A stretch of 12,806 bases of DNA from Candidatus Hermodarchaeota archaeon (lineage in GTDB: Archaea; Asgardarchaeota; Lokiarchaeia; Sigyniarchaeales; SOKP01), in NCBI GenBank assembly GCA_048885925.1, contig JBHLLG010000079.1, positions 1-12,806 of the forward strand, read 5' to 3'. Under the pieces are notes generated by a model. The model was given only the letters and a program-made list of their open reading frames with translations. It ran no database searches and was not told the origin of the DNA. Below are positions 1 to 7,458 of the stretch, piece by piece; the first letter of the stretch is position 1; every line of letters begins with the position of its first letter. Position numbers and translations under genes: made by a program.

Positions 1-20
1 GTAATAAATGATTCCTTTTA

Positions 21-2111
21 TTGACAGATATGAGCTATTTTTTTGAAGTTTTAGCTAAGAAGATTGGTTATTCTAGAATAGGCCGAATTCTCTTTTCTAA
101 AGAAAGAAAATTATACATTAAAACACCTAATATTATCATTCCTATAAAAAGTACATTAATGAAACAATTGAATTTTATTCAAGAATTTGAAAATCATGAT
201 TTGTTTGAAATTACTAAGGAATTTTTTTTGAAAATTGGATTTATAAGGGAGAAATTCAGGAATAATGGATTCATTTTTACATATCCTGGTACAATTCAGG
301 AATTTCAACAAATATTAGAAAAAAATGCAAAGATATTTTCTCAAGATAATATAATCTCAATTATTCCTTTCAATATTCCTACTACTAGTATTTCCAAGGA
401 TTTTTCAGTCAAAGAAATAAAAAATTATCTTATAAATACCGAAAAAATATTAAAGATATATCCAAATATAAATTTTGGCTTATCAATCAGACTTTTTGAT
501 TATACTGAATTGTTTGAACTTTTTATTTCAACAATAAAACAATTCCAAAATATAAAAATTGTGAGCTTTATTGATCTTTTTGATAATCTTAGAAATTTTA
601 GGAGCATTTTAAAAGTAATTTTTAAACTTAAAAACGAATTGGATAACAATTTAATTGTTTTGGCTTCTGGTAGAATCATTCCAAAATATTATCCGCTACT
701 TATCTATTTAGGAATAGATCTTATCGACTGTTCTTATTCTATGTTTTTATCTGCAGAAAACTTTTATGATACAATAGAATACCTTTTACCAATATATAAA
801 GTTAAGTATTTACCTTGTTCCTGTTTAGCTTGTAAAGGTAATTTAATTAATATACTAGATAATAAATATTCATCTGAAAAGATTGAATTATTAAGCTTAC
901 ACAATTTAATTACAGCTTCTAATTACATGAAAAAAATTAATCAATATTTAAATTATGAAGATTTTAGAGTATTTGTTGAGAAATCTGCTTTTGATGAAGC
1001 AAATTTAATTTCAATGTTAAAGGTATTAGATAAAGAGTATTATGATTATCTTAAATATGAAACGCCAATAATACAAAATAATAAAACAATAAGATGTCTT
1101 GGACCTTTATCATATAATAGACCAGATTTTCAATACTTTAGAGAAAACACTATTAGAAGATTTGAACCTGAACCATGGACAACCTTAATAATTTTACTTC
1201 CATGTTCCGCTAAAAAACCATATTCAAAATCTAAATCGCATAAAACTTTTTATAATATTATAAGAAAATTCCCAGAATTTCCAAATTTTCAAGAATTTAT
1301 TTTAACTTCACCATTAGGAGTAATACCAAGACAATTGGAAAATATATATCCAGTTAATTCTTATGATATCTCTGTAACCGGTGATTGGGATAATGAGGAA
1401 ATATCTATCACAGCAGATATGCTTATTAAAATACTGGAAAAATATGATATAAAGATTCCAATTATTTGCCATTTAACAGGAGGATATCTTGAAATTATAA
1501 AGAAAGCTTCAAAAAATTTACAGCATAATTTTATTTTCTCAGAAATTCCTGATAAGACGACTTCTTTTGCATCACTTAAATCTTTAGAGAATTTAATCAT
1601 TGAATATAAAAACAAATTTCTATTGAAAAATAGTATAGTTAAAAATGAATATTTTTCAAGATCTTGGACTAGGAAATTTATTAAAATTTTAGATTATCAA
1701 TTTGGTATCGGAACAGGTAATAAAATTTTAACTAATGGATTAAAACCTATTCGTGTAAGATTTAATGATCAAATTGATTTAAAAGATCTAAAAACTAACG
1801 AAAAATTAGGGATTTTTAAATTTTCTACTGGACAAATCGAATTAACCCTTAATGGACTAAGAAGATTAAATAAAACTTCAATTTCTATTAGTTCTAATTA
1901 TATTGCCTTTGATGGAGAAGAAATTCGCGGAAATACCTTATTTCGAACAGGTGTGATTGATTACAGCTTAGATCTTATCCCAGATAATCAGGTAGTTATT
2001 GTTGATAAAAAAAAGAGAAATATAATAGGGAGTGGAAAGTTAATAGTTGGTTCAAGTTTTCTAAAAAATTCTAAAAGCGGGAGAATAGCAAATATATATG
2101 AATGGAAATAA
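21..2111 (+). CDS. arcS: Archaeosine synthase subunit alpha (ArcS; TGT-like barrel + DUF5591-type domain + PUA)
   Basis: 696-aa ORF. It has TGT-like motifs (SRIGRI..KTPNI, LGIDLIDC, Zn site CSCLAC...HN), the ArcS signature LLPCSAKKPYSKSKSH and LTSPLGVIPRQLE..YP...YDI.VTGDW, and a C-terminal PUA-like region (GNTLFRTGV...D.QVVIV...IIGSG). It lacks the DSGG motif of active TGTs and sits next to raSEA. The start may be TTG 21 or ATG 30. Confidence 0.9.
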   Translation: MTDMSYFFEVLAKKIGYSRIGRILFSKERKLYIKTPNIIIPIKSTLMKQLNFIQEFENHDLFEITKEFFLKIGFIREKFRNNGFIFTYPGTIQEFQQILEKNAKIFSQDNIISIIPFNIPTTSISKDFSVKEIKNYLINTEKILKIYPNINFGLSIRLFDYTELFELFISTIKQFQNIKIVSFIDLFDNLRNFRSILKVIFKLKNELDNNLIVLASGRIIPKYYPLLIYLGIDLIDCSYSMFLSAENFYDTIEYLLPIYKVKYLPCSCLACKGNLINILDNKYSSEKIELLSLHNLITASNYMKKINQYLNYEDFRVFVEKSAFDEANLISMLKVLDKEYYDYLKYETPIIQNNKTIRCLGPLSYNRPDFQYFRENTIRRFEPEPWTTLIILLPCSAKKPYSKSKSHKTFYNIIRKFPEFPNFQEFILTSPLGVIPRQLENIYPVNSYDISVTGDWDNEEISITADMLIKILEKYDIKIPIICHLTGGYLEIIKKASKNLQHNFIFSEIPDKTTSFASLKSLENLIIEYKNKFLLKNSIVKNEYFSRSWTRKFIKILDYQFGIGTGNKILTNGLKPIRVRFNDQIDLKDLKTNEKLGIFKFSTGQIELTLNGLRRLNKTSISISSNYIAFDGEEIRGNTLFRTGVIDYSLDLIPDNQVVIVDKKKRNIIGSGKLIVGSSFLKNSKSGRIANIYEWK

Positions 2112-3198
2112 TTATCATATGACAAAAGAAAATACTCTTGTTGAAAAAATTAATTTAATTAAACAAAATGCTCGAAATCACAGATCTCCTTATGGAGAAG
2201 AACAACTAAATCATCCAATAAGTTTTTGGGTAAAAAAGGATAGACTTTTAGATGAAATAGGAAAAGAGTTAACAATTATTTTACGAACTAGAGGATGCAG
2301 TTGGGCATTAAGTCAACATGGAGGATGTTCCATGTGTGGATATTATCTTGATGCAAATATGCAGAGTGTTTCAGTTTCACAGATTATTAGTCAATTTGAT
2401 TATGCTCTTAACAATAAAATTGAAGAAATTAAACGAGATTCCAATAACTTTATTTTAAAAATATTCAATTCAGGAAGTTTTTTGGATGAAAATGAAATTC
2501 CAGAAAAAGCTAGAGTCGATATTTATGAAAAAATCTCAAAACTAAATAAATTTAAGGAGGTTGTTATAGAATCGAGAGTCGAATATATAACAACACAAAA
2601 AATAGAAGAAATGAGAGACATTCTTAATAATAAGTATCTTGAAATAGCTATTGGACTTGAAACTGTAAATGATTATATTAGATATAACTACATAAATAAA
2701 GGAATTTCATTTAAGGATTTTAAAGATGCTTTAAACATATGCAAAACTTGTAATATTGGTGTAAAAGTGTATTTAATGTTTAAACCGCTCTTTCTTAATG
2801 AACAAGCGGCGATTGATGATTGCTCCTATTCTATAAAAGTCTTGAAGGGTTTGGGAGTGAATTCAATATCTATTAATCCGATGAATATTCAAAAAGGAAC
2901 TGTAGTAGAATATCTATGGTATCAAAATAGGTATAGACCACCATGGTGGTATTCACTTTTCAAATGCATAAAAAAATCTGTTAATCAGAATGATTTAAAA
3001 AATCTACGTTTATTATCAGATCCTTCAGGAGGAGGAAAAAATAGAGGAATTCATAATTGCCTTAAGAAGGAATGCGAAAATTCTTCGAAAATTACACTTA
3101 AAAATTTTAATCTTTCTCAAAATTTAAATGAACTAGACAAACAAAAAGATTTTTGTGAATGCAAAAAAAAATATCAATTACAGAAAAATTATTATTGA
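2098..3198 (+). CDS. raSEA: Archaeosine biosynthesis radical SAM enzyme RaSEA (TIGR01210-like)
   Basis: Motifs TIILRTRGCSW.....GGCSMCGY (atypical CX9CX2C), KIFNSGSFLD, ESRVEY, EIAIGLET, INKG, VKVYLMFKP, YRPPWWYS and RGIHNC. Overlaps the arcS end by 14 nt; alternative ATG at 2119. Confidence 0.92.
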   Translation: MNGNNYHMTKENTLVEKINLIKQNARNHRSPYGEEQLNHPISFWVKKDRLLDEIGKELTIILRTRGCSWALSQHGGCSMCGYYLDANMQSVSVSQIISQFDYALNNKIEEIKRDSNNFILKIFNSGSFLDENEIPEKARVDIYEKISKLNKFKEVVIESRVEYITTQKIEEMRDILNNKYLEIAIGLETVNDYIRYNYINKGISFKDFKDALNICKTCNIGVKVYLMFKPLFLNEQAAIDDCSYSIKVLKGLGVNSISINPMNIQKGTVVEYLWYQNRYRPPWWYSLFKCIKKSVNQNDLKNLRLLSDPSGGGKNRGIHNCLKKECENSSKITLKNFNLSQNLNELDKQKDFCECKKKYQLQKNYY

Positions 3199-3346
3199 AA
3201 TTTCTTATAGGAGAGTATTTTATTACGAATAATATAACAAATTTTTTAATTGCCATTTGTGTAGAAATCTATAGGAAAAACCATTATATTTAAATATTAA
3301 CAACCATCTTTTATTTTAATTTTCATCCATTCTTTAAGGGGATCTC

Positions 3347-3601
3347 TTGAGAAAGAACTGGGTTAAATTGAATCTATTCTATATTGGACAATCAGCTAAA
3401 AAACATCAAATATTTAGAGCAAAACAATGGAATAGTAAATTAGAAAAAATATTCAAACAACCGGTTTTTAATGAAAAATACCAGAAGGTTGGTTACATTA
3501 AAGATATTATTGGCCCCGTAGATTCTCCTTTCCTTTCAGTTAAAATAATACCTAATGCACAATTTAATCCCGATGATAAACTTTTTACTAAGATTACTTA
3601 G
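3347..3601 (+). CDS. gar1: Gar1/Naf1-family H/ACA RNP protein
   Basis: 84 aa with VFNEKYQKVGYIKDIIGPVDSPFLSVK, the Gar1 'V.D.....IG.V.DI.GPV..PY..VK' motif. It lies directly upstream of tfb, a common archaeal gene pair. TTG start at 3347 (alternative TTG 3368). Confidence 0.85.
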   Translation: MRKNWVKLNLFYIGQSAKKHQIFRAKQWNSKLEKIFKQPVFNEKYQKVGYIKDIIGPVDSPFLSVKIIPNAQFNPDDKLFTKIT

Positions 3602-3637
3602 CTTTTTAACGTTATTTAAAAAAATATTTTTAAAAAA

Positions 3638-3643
3638 AAGGTG
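3638..3643 (+). promoter_or_regulatory. Shine-Dalgarno-like AAGGTG upstream of the predicted ATT start of tfb
   Basis: AAGGTG lies 6 nt before ATT 3650. The same core precedes canonical starts in the window (AGGTG 5504-5508 before TTG 5517; AAGGTG 11760-11755 before ATG 11745). Confidence 0.7.
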
Positions 3644-3649
3644 TGTTAA

Positions 3650-4621
3650 ATTTCAAATTGGAAAGAATCAAATTCCTTAAATGAAGAGTATTCAAGTGCA
3701 GAAACTAATTTATGTACTGAATGCGGAAAAGATATATTTTTTGATGAAAATCGGGGATTAGTAGTTTGCGAGGAATGTGGTTTAGTCCATTCTGAAAAAC
3801 ATATTGACAATGGACCAGAATGGAGAGCATTTGATGCTGATCAAAAGAAGAAAAGAACAAGAACAGGAGCGCCTATGACTTATATGATACACGATAAAGG
3901 ACTTAGTACTATGATAGATTGGAAAAATCGAGATATTTTTGGCAAAGAAATACCAGCAAAACTAAGAGGTCAGATTTATCGATTACGGAAGTGGCAAAGT
4001 CGCATTAGAGTTTCTGATGCAACAGAAAGAAACCTTACATTTGCATTAAGTGAACTTGATCGTATGGCCTCAAATCTAGACCTACAAAAAAACCTAAGAG
4101 AGTGTTCAGCAAAAATATATAGAGATGCTGTTGAAGCTCATTTGATTCGTGGAAGGAGTATAGAAGGAGTAGCAGCTGCAAGTTTATATGCAGCTTGTAG
4201 AATGTATAAAGTTCCTCGAACATTAAATGAAATTGCTGAAGTAGCTCGTGTAGACAAAAAAGAAATTGGTCGATCTTACAGATTTATTTCAAATGAATTA
4301 TCTTTAGAATTAAATCCTTCTCGTCCAATAGACTTTCTTCCAAGGTTTATATCAGAATTAGGATTAACAACAAGATGTCAAAAAGCAGCCAAAAAAATAA
4401 TTAGAATGGCAGAAGAACGTGGACTAACATCTGGAAGGGGCCCTACGGGAGTATGTGCTGCGTCAATTTATGCAGCATGTATTTTATCCAATGAACGGAG
4501 AACGCAAAGAAAAATAGCACGTATTAGTTGTGTTACAGAAGTTACAGTGCGAAATCGATTTAGTGAGCTTGTAGAAAACCTTAATCTCGGATTATCATTA
4601 AAAAAAAACCATAAAACCTAA
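3650..4621 (+). CDS. tfb: Transcription initiation factor IIB (TFB), full length ~323 aa, predicted ATT start
   Basis: The ORF track starts at ATG 3875, but the same frame is open from 3650. The extension encodes the Zn ribbon (CTECG...VCEECG), B-reader [10 protein letters not shown] and RTRTGAP, followed by the cyclin repeats ([43 protein letters not shown]). There is an in-frame TAA at 3647-3649 and no in-frame ATG/GTG/TTG from 3650 to 3874. Identity is very secure; the exact start is inferred. Confidence 0.93.
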   Translation: MSNWKESNSLNEEYSSAETNLCTECGKDIFFDENRGLVVCEECGLVHSEKHIDNGPEWRAFDADQKKKRTRTGAPMTYMIHDKGLSTMIDWKNRDIFGKEIPAKLRGQIYRLRKWQSRIRVSDATERNLTFALSELDRMASNLDLQKNLRECSAKIYRDAVEAHLIRGRSIEGVAAASLYAACRMYKVPRTLNEIAEVARVDKKEIGRSYRFISNELSLELNPSRPIDFLPRFISELGLTTRCQKAAKKIIRMAEERGLTSGRGPTGVCAASIYAACILSNERRTQRKIARISCVTEVTVRNRFSELVENLNLGLSLKKNHKT

Positions 4622-4735
4622 ATTTAAATTTATTTTACCACTTTATTAAAAGCTCATTTTATTCTATAATAGAATTTAAAAATAAAAGAATTATCAAGAA
4701 AAATTTTATCTCAAAAAAATTACAATTTTAAGCCA

Positions 4736-5329
4736 ATGCCAAAAGATCTCAATAGAAAAATTAAACCAAGACTACCCCCTGGACAACATATAACTGAAAG
4801 ATTTCCTGTTCTTCAAAAAGGAAGCGTTGTTCATATCGATAGAGAGACATATAAACTAAGAATTGAAGGTGAAATTGAACATCCTAAAACTTATTCTTTT
4901 GAAGATTTAAAAGGTCTTCAGGATCTTGAGATAATCGAAGATATTCATTGTGTGACATCTTGGAGTAAGTTTGATACAAGATGGAGTGGTATATCTTTTA
5001 GGAAGCTTTTTGATATAGTAAAACCTAAAAATACTGCTAAATTTATTGAATTCTATTGTGCAGATTATGGTTTTACTACGACTGTTCCAATGGAGAGATT
5101 AATGGTTGATAATGCTATACTTGCATTACATTACGATGGAAAGCCGATTGATGATAAACATGGAGGACCTGTAAGAGCTGTTATTCCTGATCTTTATTTT
5201 TATAAAAGTGCAAAATGGGTGATTAAAATAACTTTTCTTACTCAAGATAAACTTGGATATTGGGAAGTCCATGGATATTCAAATAAAGCTGATCCTTGGA
5301 AAGAACAAAGATATAGTACTGATGATTAA
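4736..5329 (+). CDS. Sulfite oxidase-like molybdopterin-dependent oxidoreductase (YuiH/MsrP-like catalytic domain)
   Basis: RLPPGQ, DIHCVTSWSKFD (Mo-ligating Cys), HGGPVRAVIPDLYFYKSAKWV and GYWE..GY....DPWKEQRY. Confidence 0.9.
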   Translation: MPKDLNRKIKPRLPPGQHITERFPVLQKGSVVHIDRETYKLRIEGEIEHPKTYSFEDLKGLQDLEIIEDIHCVTSWSKFDTRWSGISFRKLFDIVKPKNTAKFIEFYCADYGFTTTVPMERLMVDNAILALHYDGKPIDDKHGGPVRAVIPDLYFYKSAKWVIKITFLTQDKLGYWEVHGYSNKADPWKEQRYSTDD

Positions 5330-5516
5330 AAATTAGTATAAAATCCCAATTATATTTAAGATTTAAACATTAGTATCTGGATATTATTGGTGAAATGTCT
5401 GATTCTATCGAATATGATGCTCCATACTATAGTAAATTGATATTATCTTCATATTATAACCATTAATGTTATAATAACTTCAATTAGATCATAATAACAG
5501 ATCAGGTGCAATAAAA

Positions 5517-5852
5517 TTGGATAATTTAATAAATGAAAGTGAGGTTAATTATTTTTTATATAGGATAGAGAAAAATTTCCCTAATTTTGTTGCCGGAATT
5601 ATTACAGATAAACATGGCTTCCCTGTCGCCTCTAAAATCTCAAAGAATTTATGGATTCTAGAGAATACTTTAGCATTGTCTGCAATTACTAAAAATAGAG
5701 AGTTTATACAAGATTCTAAATTAATTCAAATTAAAAAGGATTTAGATAAATCGAAAAATTATAAACTATTAATCTTGCTGGAAAAATCGAAAGATTATAG
5801 GAGTCGATTAAAACCATTGAAACATTTAATTAAATCTCAGGAACTTTTTTAG
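5517..5852 (+). CDS. Small divergent Roadblock/LC7- or profilin-fold-like protein
   Basis: 111 aa, TTG start 8 nt after AGGTG. An N-terminal helix is followed by AGIITDKHGFPVAS, matching the Roadblock 'hhh.D..G.hh.S' hairpin. The C-terminal half is divergent. Confidence 0.55.
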   Translation: MDNLINESEVNYFLYRIEKNFPNFVAGIITDKHGFPVASKISKNLWILENTLALSAITKNREFIQDSKLIQIKKDLDKSKNYKLLILLEKSKDYRSRLKPLKHLIKSQELF

Positions 5853-6049
5853 GAAAACGATTGACTGAACGATATTTTATAACGAAGCGTAGAAAAAGAT
5901 ATCCTTTACTTAAATTTTTATATTTATAATGTCTTCATTAATTCAAGTAAGGTCTAAGATGAAGATATTAAGTTAACTTTAAATAAATATTTTTTAATCT
6001 TATAAAAATAATAATTAAAAGACTTAATAATAAATAGGTTGACAAATCT

Positions 6050-6520
6050 TTGAGTTATTCTGAGGATGAACTTCAATTAAAAAAGATTTTAACCGCAGTT
6101 ATAAATAGCACAGCAGGACTCAAGCATGCTCTTATAACTGATGATACAGGAATAACAATATTAAGTCAATCTAAATTTAAATTTTCTGATTCGAATAAAG
6201 TTTCTGTAGAAAAGATCGGCGCAATCGGGAGTGCTGTTTTTGTAGCAGGCGAGGAACAAGGACATATTTTGGGTTATGGCGGCATTGATTTACAAATTAC
6301 TGAATATATGGATGGAATGATTTTTTCAATGAAAGTTGATAAAGGAGTCCTTTGTATTGCAACGGATAAAAATGTTCAAATAGGATTTATTAGAGCTACT
6401 ATGAAGAGATGGAGTGGACAGATTAGTGCAATATTGAATAGATATTTACAAGCAGATCAAGCTGAAATGAGTAAAGAACTAAAGGAATTATTTCGATCTG
6501 ATACTATAGGTATGTTATAA
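6050..6520 (+). CDS. Roadblock/LC7 (MglB/LAMTOR-like) domain protein
   Basis: 156 aa. LKKIL....GLKHALITDDTGITILS, EKIGAIGSAVFVAGEEQG..LG.G, QITEY.DG.I and VLCIATDKNVQIGFIR are typical of Roadblock/LC7. It has a ~25-aa C-terminal helical tail. SD-like AGGTTGA lies before TTG. Confidence 0.85.
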   Translation: MSYSEDELQLKKILTAVINSTAGLKHALITDDTGITILSQSKFKFSDSNKVSVEKIGAIGSAVFVAGEEQGHILGYGGIDLQITEYMDGMIFSMKVDKGVLCIATDKNVQIGFIRATMKRWSGQISAILNRYLQADQAEMSKELKELFRSDTIGML

Positions 6521-6535
6521 ATAAAATCAGCATAT

Positions 6536-6840
6536 TATTGTTGCCTAAAACACTAACTCTTCTTTCTCATTTAACGGAATTTCCGTAAAATCGAAATAGT
6601 TCTCTCAGTGTTAGGCGGTAATTTCTATGCCTTTTTGGGACATAATCATGTTTCCTGCCTGGGTACTGACTCGAACTTCATTGCTATGGGATTTACCCTT
6701 AAATGCTAAGTTAAGAGCCCATTTCTTCAGGAAAAGTACTGATTAATTAACTCTAGTGTATGCGTATCCTTGCGCTACATAATCATGGGTTAATCATATG
6801 TGCCCTCGATAACGCAAAATTTCTATCATTGTTGTCCCAA
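6536..6840 (-). ncRNA. Candidate structured RNA: multi-K-turn box C/D-like domain followed by an H/ACA-type hairpin
   Basis: About 38% GC by hand count (113/300 over 6541-6840), clearly above the other spacers, with no ORF in the track. Terminal stem UUGGGACA/UGUCCCAA (6840-6833/6642-6635). C-like AUGAUAG, D-like AUGA, D' CUGA (6730-6727) and C' AUGAAG (6681-6676). The 3' hairpin GCCUAA/UUAGGC carries tandem GA/GA and is followed by A-ACA-AUA. A TATA box lies upstream at the expected distance. Confidence 0.7.
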
Positions 6841-6861
6841 TAAATAATAGTAATAATTTCA

Positions 6862-6878
6862 TTTTAAAATTTTTATTT
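6862..6878 (-). promoter_or_regulatory. Putative BRE/TATA promoter for the candidate ncRNA
   Basis: Minus strand reads purine-rich AAATAAAAA then TTTTAAAA (6869-6862), which is -29 to -22 relative to 6840. The AT-rich background makes chance matches common. Confidence 0.5.
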
Positions 6879-7373
6879 TTATGAGAAAGGAAAAGGATCT
6901 TTTTTATTTATTCCATTAATTTTATCTTTTATTCGTATTATTAAGCTTGTTAAACAGTTAAAAAGTATTTTTTTTATTTGTTCATACGTAAGATCAATTT
7001 CAATATCAGAATCATCACGAAAATCATCAAATTTATAAAAGGCTTTATATACATTTTTCGTTTTAAGAATTTTATAAGAGGCATCGACAATGAAGGCATA
7101 AACAAGCTCACTTTCATATTCTCTTTTCATAATCAGAGATAACATAACGAATTCTTTATTTCCTCGAGCCCACTCGGAGGGAATTTCAAAATTAAAATTA
7201 ATTATTTTCTTCTTTTTTGTTATAAGAACTATTTCAAAAAAGGTTTCATCAATCTCGAGGTCAAAGAACTTAATAAGAGATTGGATAATTTTTTCTTCCA
7301 ATTTAACCTCAGGGTAAGATATTAAGACATTTGGACCCTTTATCTGATGAAAAAATGTAATAACTAAATGCAT
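6879..7373 (-). CDS. Stand-alone longin/uDENN-like domain protein (Asgard eukaryotic-signature type)
   Basis: N-terminal LVITFFHQIKGPNVLISYPE matches the NPRL2/uDENN 'hh..FH...GP.h....P' motif. FEIPSEWARGNKEFVMLSLI resembles the 'ARG..R.h.hh' motif of folliculin/DENN-type longin domains. Confidence 0.65.
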   Translation of the reverse strand: MHLVITFFHQIKGPNVLISYPEVKLEEKIIQSLIKFFDLEIDETFFEIVLITKKKKIINFNFEIPSEWARGNKEFVMLSLIMKREYESELVYAFIVDASYKILKTKNVYKAFYKFDDFRDDSDIEIDLTYEQIKKILFNCLTSLIIRIKDKINGINKKDPFPFS

Positions 7374-7458
7374 AAGATAGTATAATTAAATTTTATTAAA
7401 GTATAAAATTAGTAAATTTAAAATTAATTTTATAGAAAAAGAGCTTTTTAACATATTA

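Noticed and set aside
1361-1615. 84-aa minus-strand ORF
   Set aside because: Antisense shadow inside arcS, with no recognisable motif.
4035-4223. 62-aa minus-strand ORF
   Set aside because: Antisense shadow inside the conserved tfb.
3875-4621. TFB as a naturally Zn-ribbon-less 248-aa variant
   Set aside because: The upstream frame encodes an intact Zn ribbon and B-reader. The truncation comes from allowing only ATG/GTG/TTG starts.
5395-5466. 23-aa small ORF MSDSIEYDAPYYSKLILSSYYNH, or a mini C/D motif (ATGATG...TTGA)
   Set aside because: The GGTGA is only 1 nt from the ATG, there is no homology cue, and the C/D-like motif is short and expected by chance.
6635-6670. SRP RNA (CCCAGG-CAG-GAAA resembles helix 8, and the ~300-nt size fits)
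   Set aside because: The conserved GAGCA/AGCAG strand after the GNRA loop is missing, and no Alu domain or long helix 5 is evident.
6655-6700. Cobalamin riboswitch (GAGUCAG...CCAGGC and GGGUAAAUCCC near cbi-like genes)
   Set aside because: It lies downstream of the transporter genes, with no gene following on that strand, and the GGGAA and CCCCGCAACUGU core is absent.
6728-6742. RNase P RNA (caggaaaagtac resembles GAGGAAAGUCC)
   Set aside because: The match is poor, and I found no complementary CR-V/P4 element on either strand.
6536-6840. Telomerase-RNA analogy (closed ~200-nt 5' domain plus 3' H/ACA domain) or a Loki-type SECIS
   Set aside because: The resemblance is architectural only. 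There is no template repeat or reverse transcriptase in the window, and no selenoprotein-like in-frame UGA in the flanking genes.
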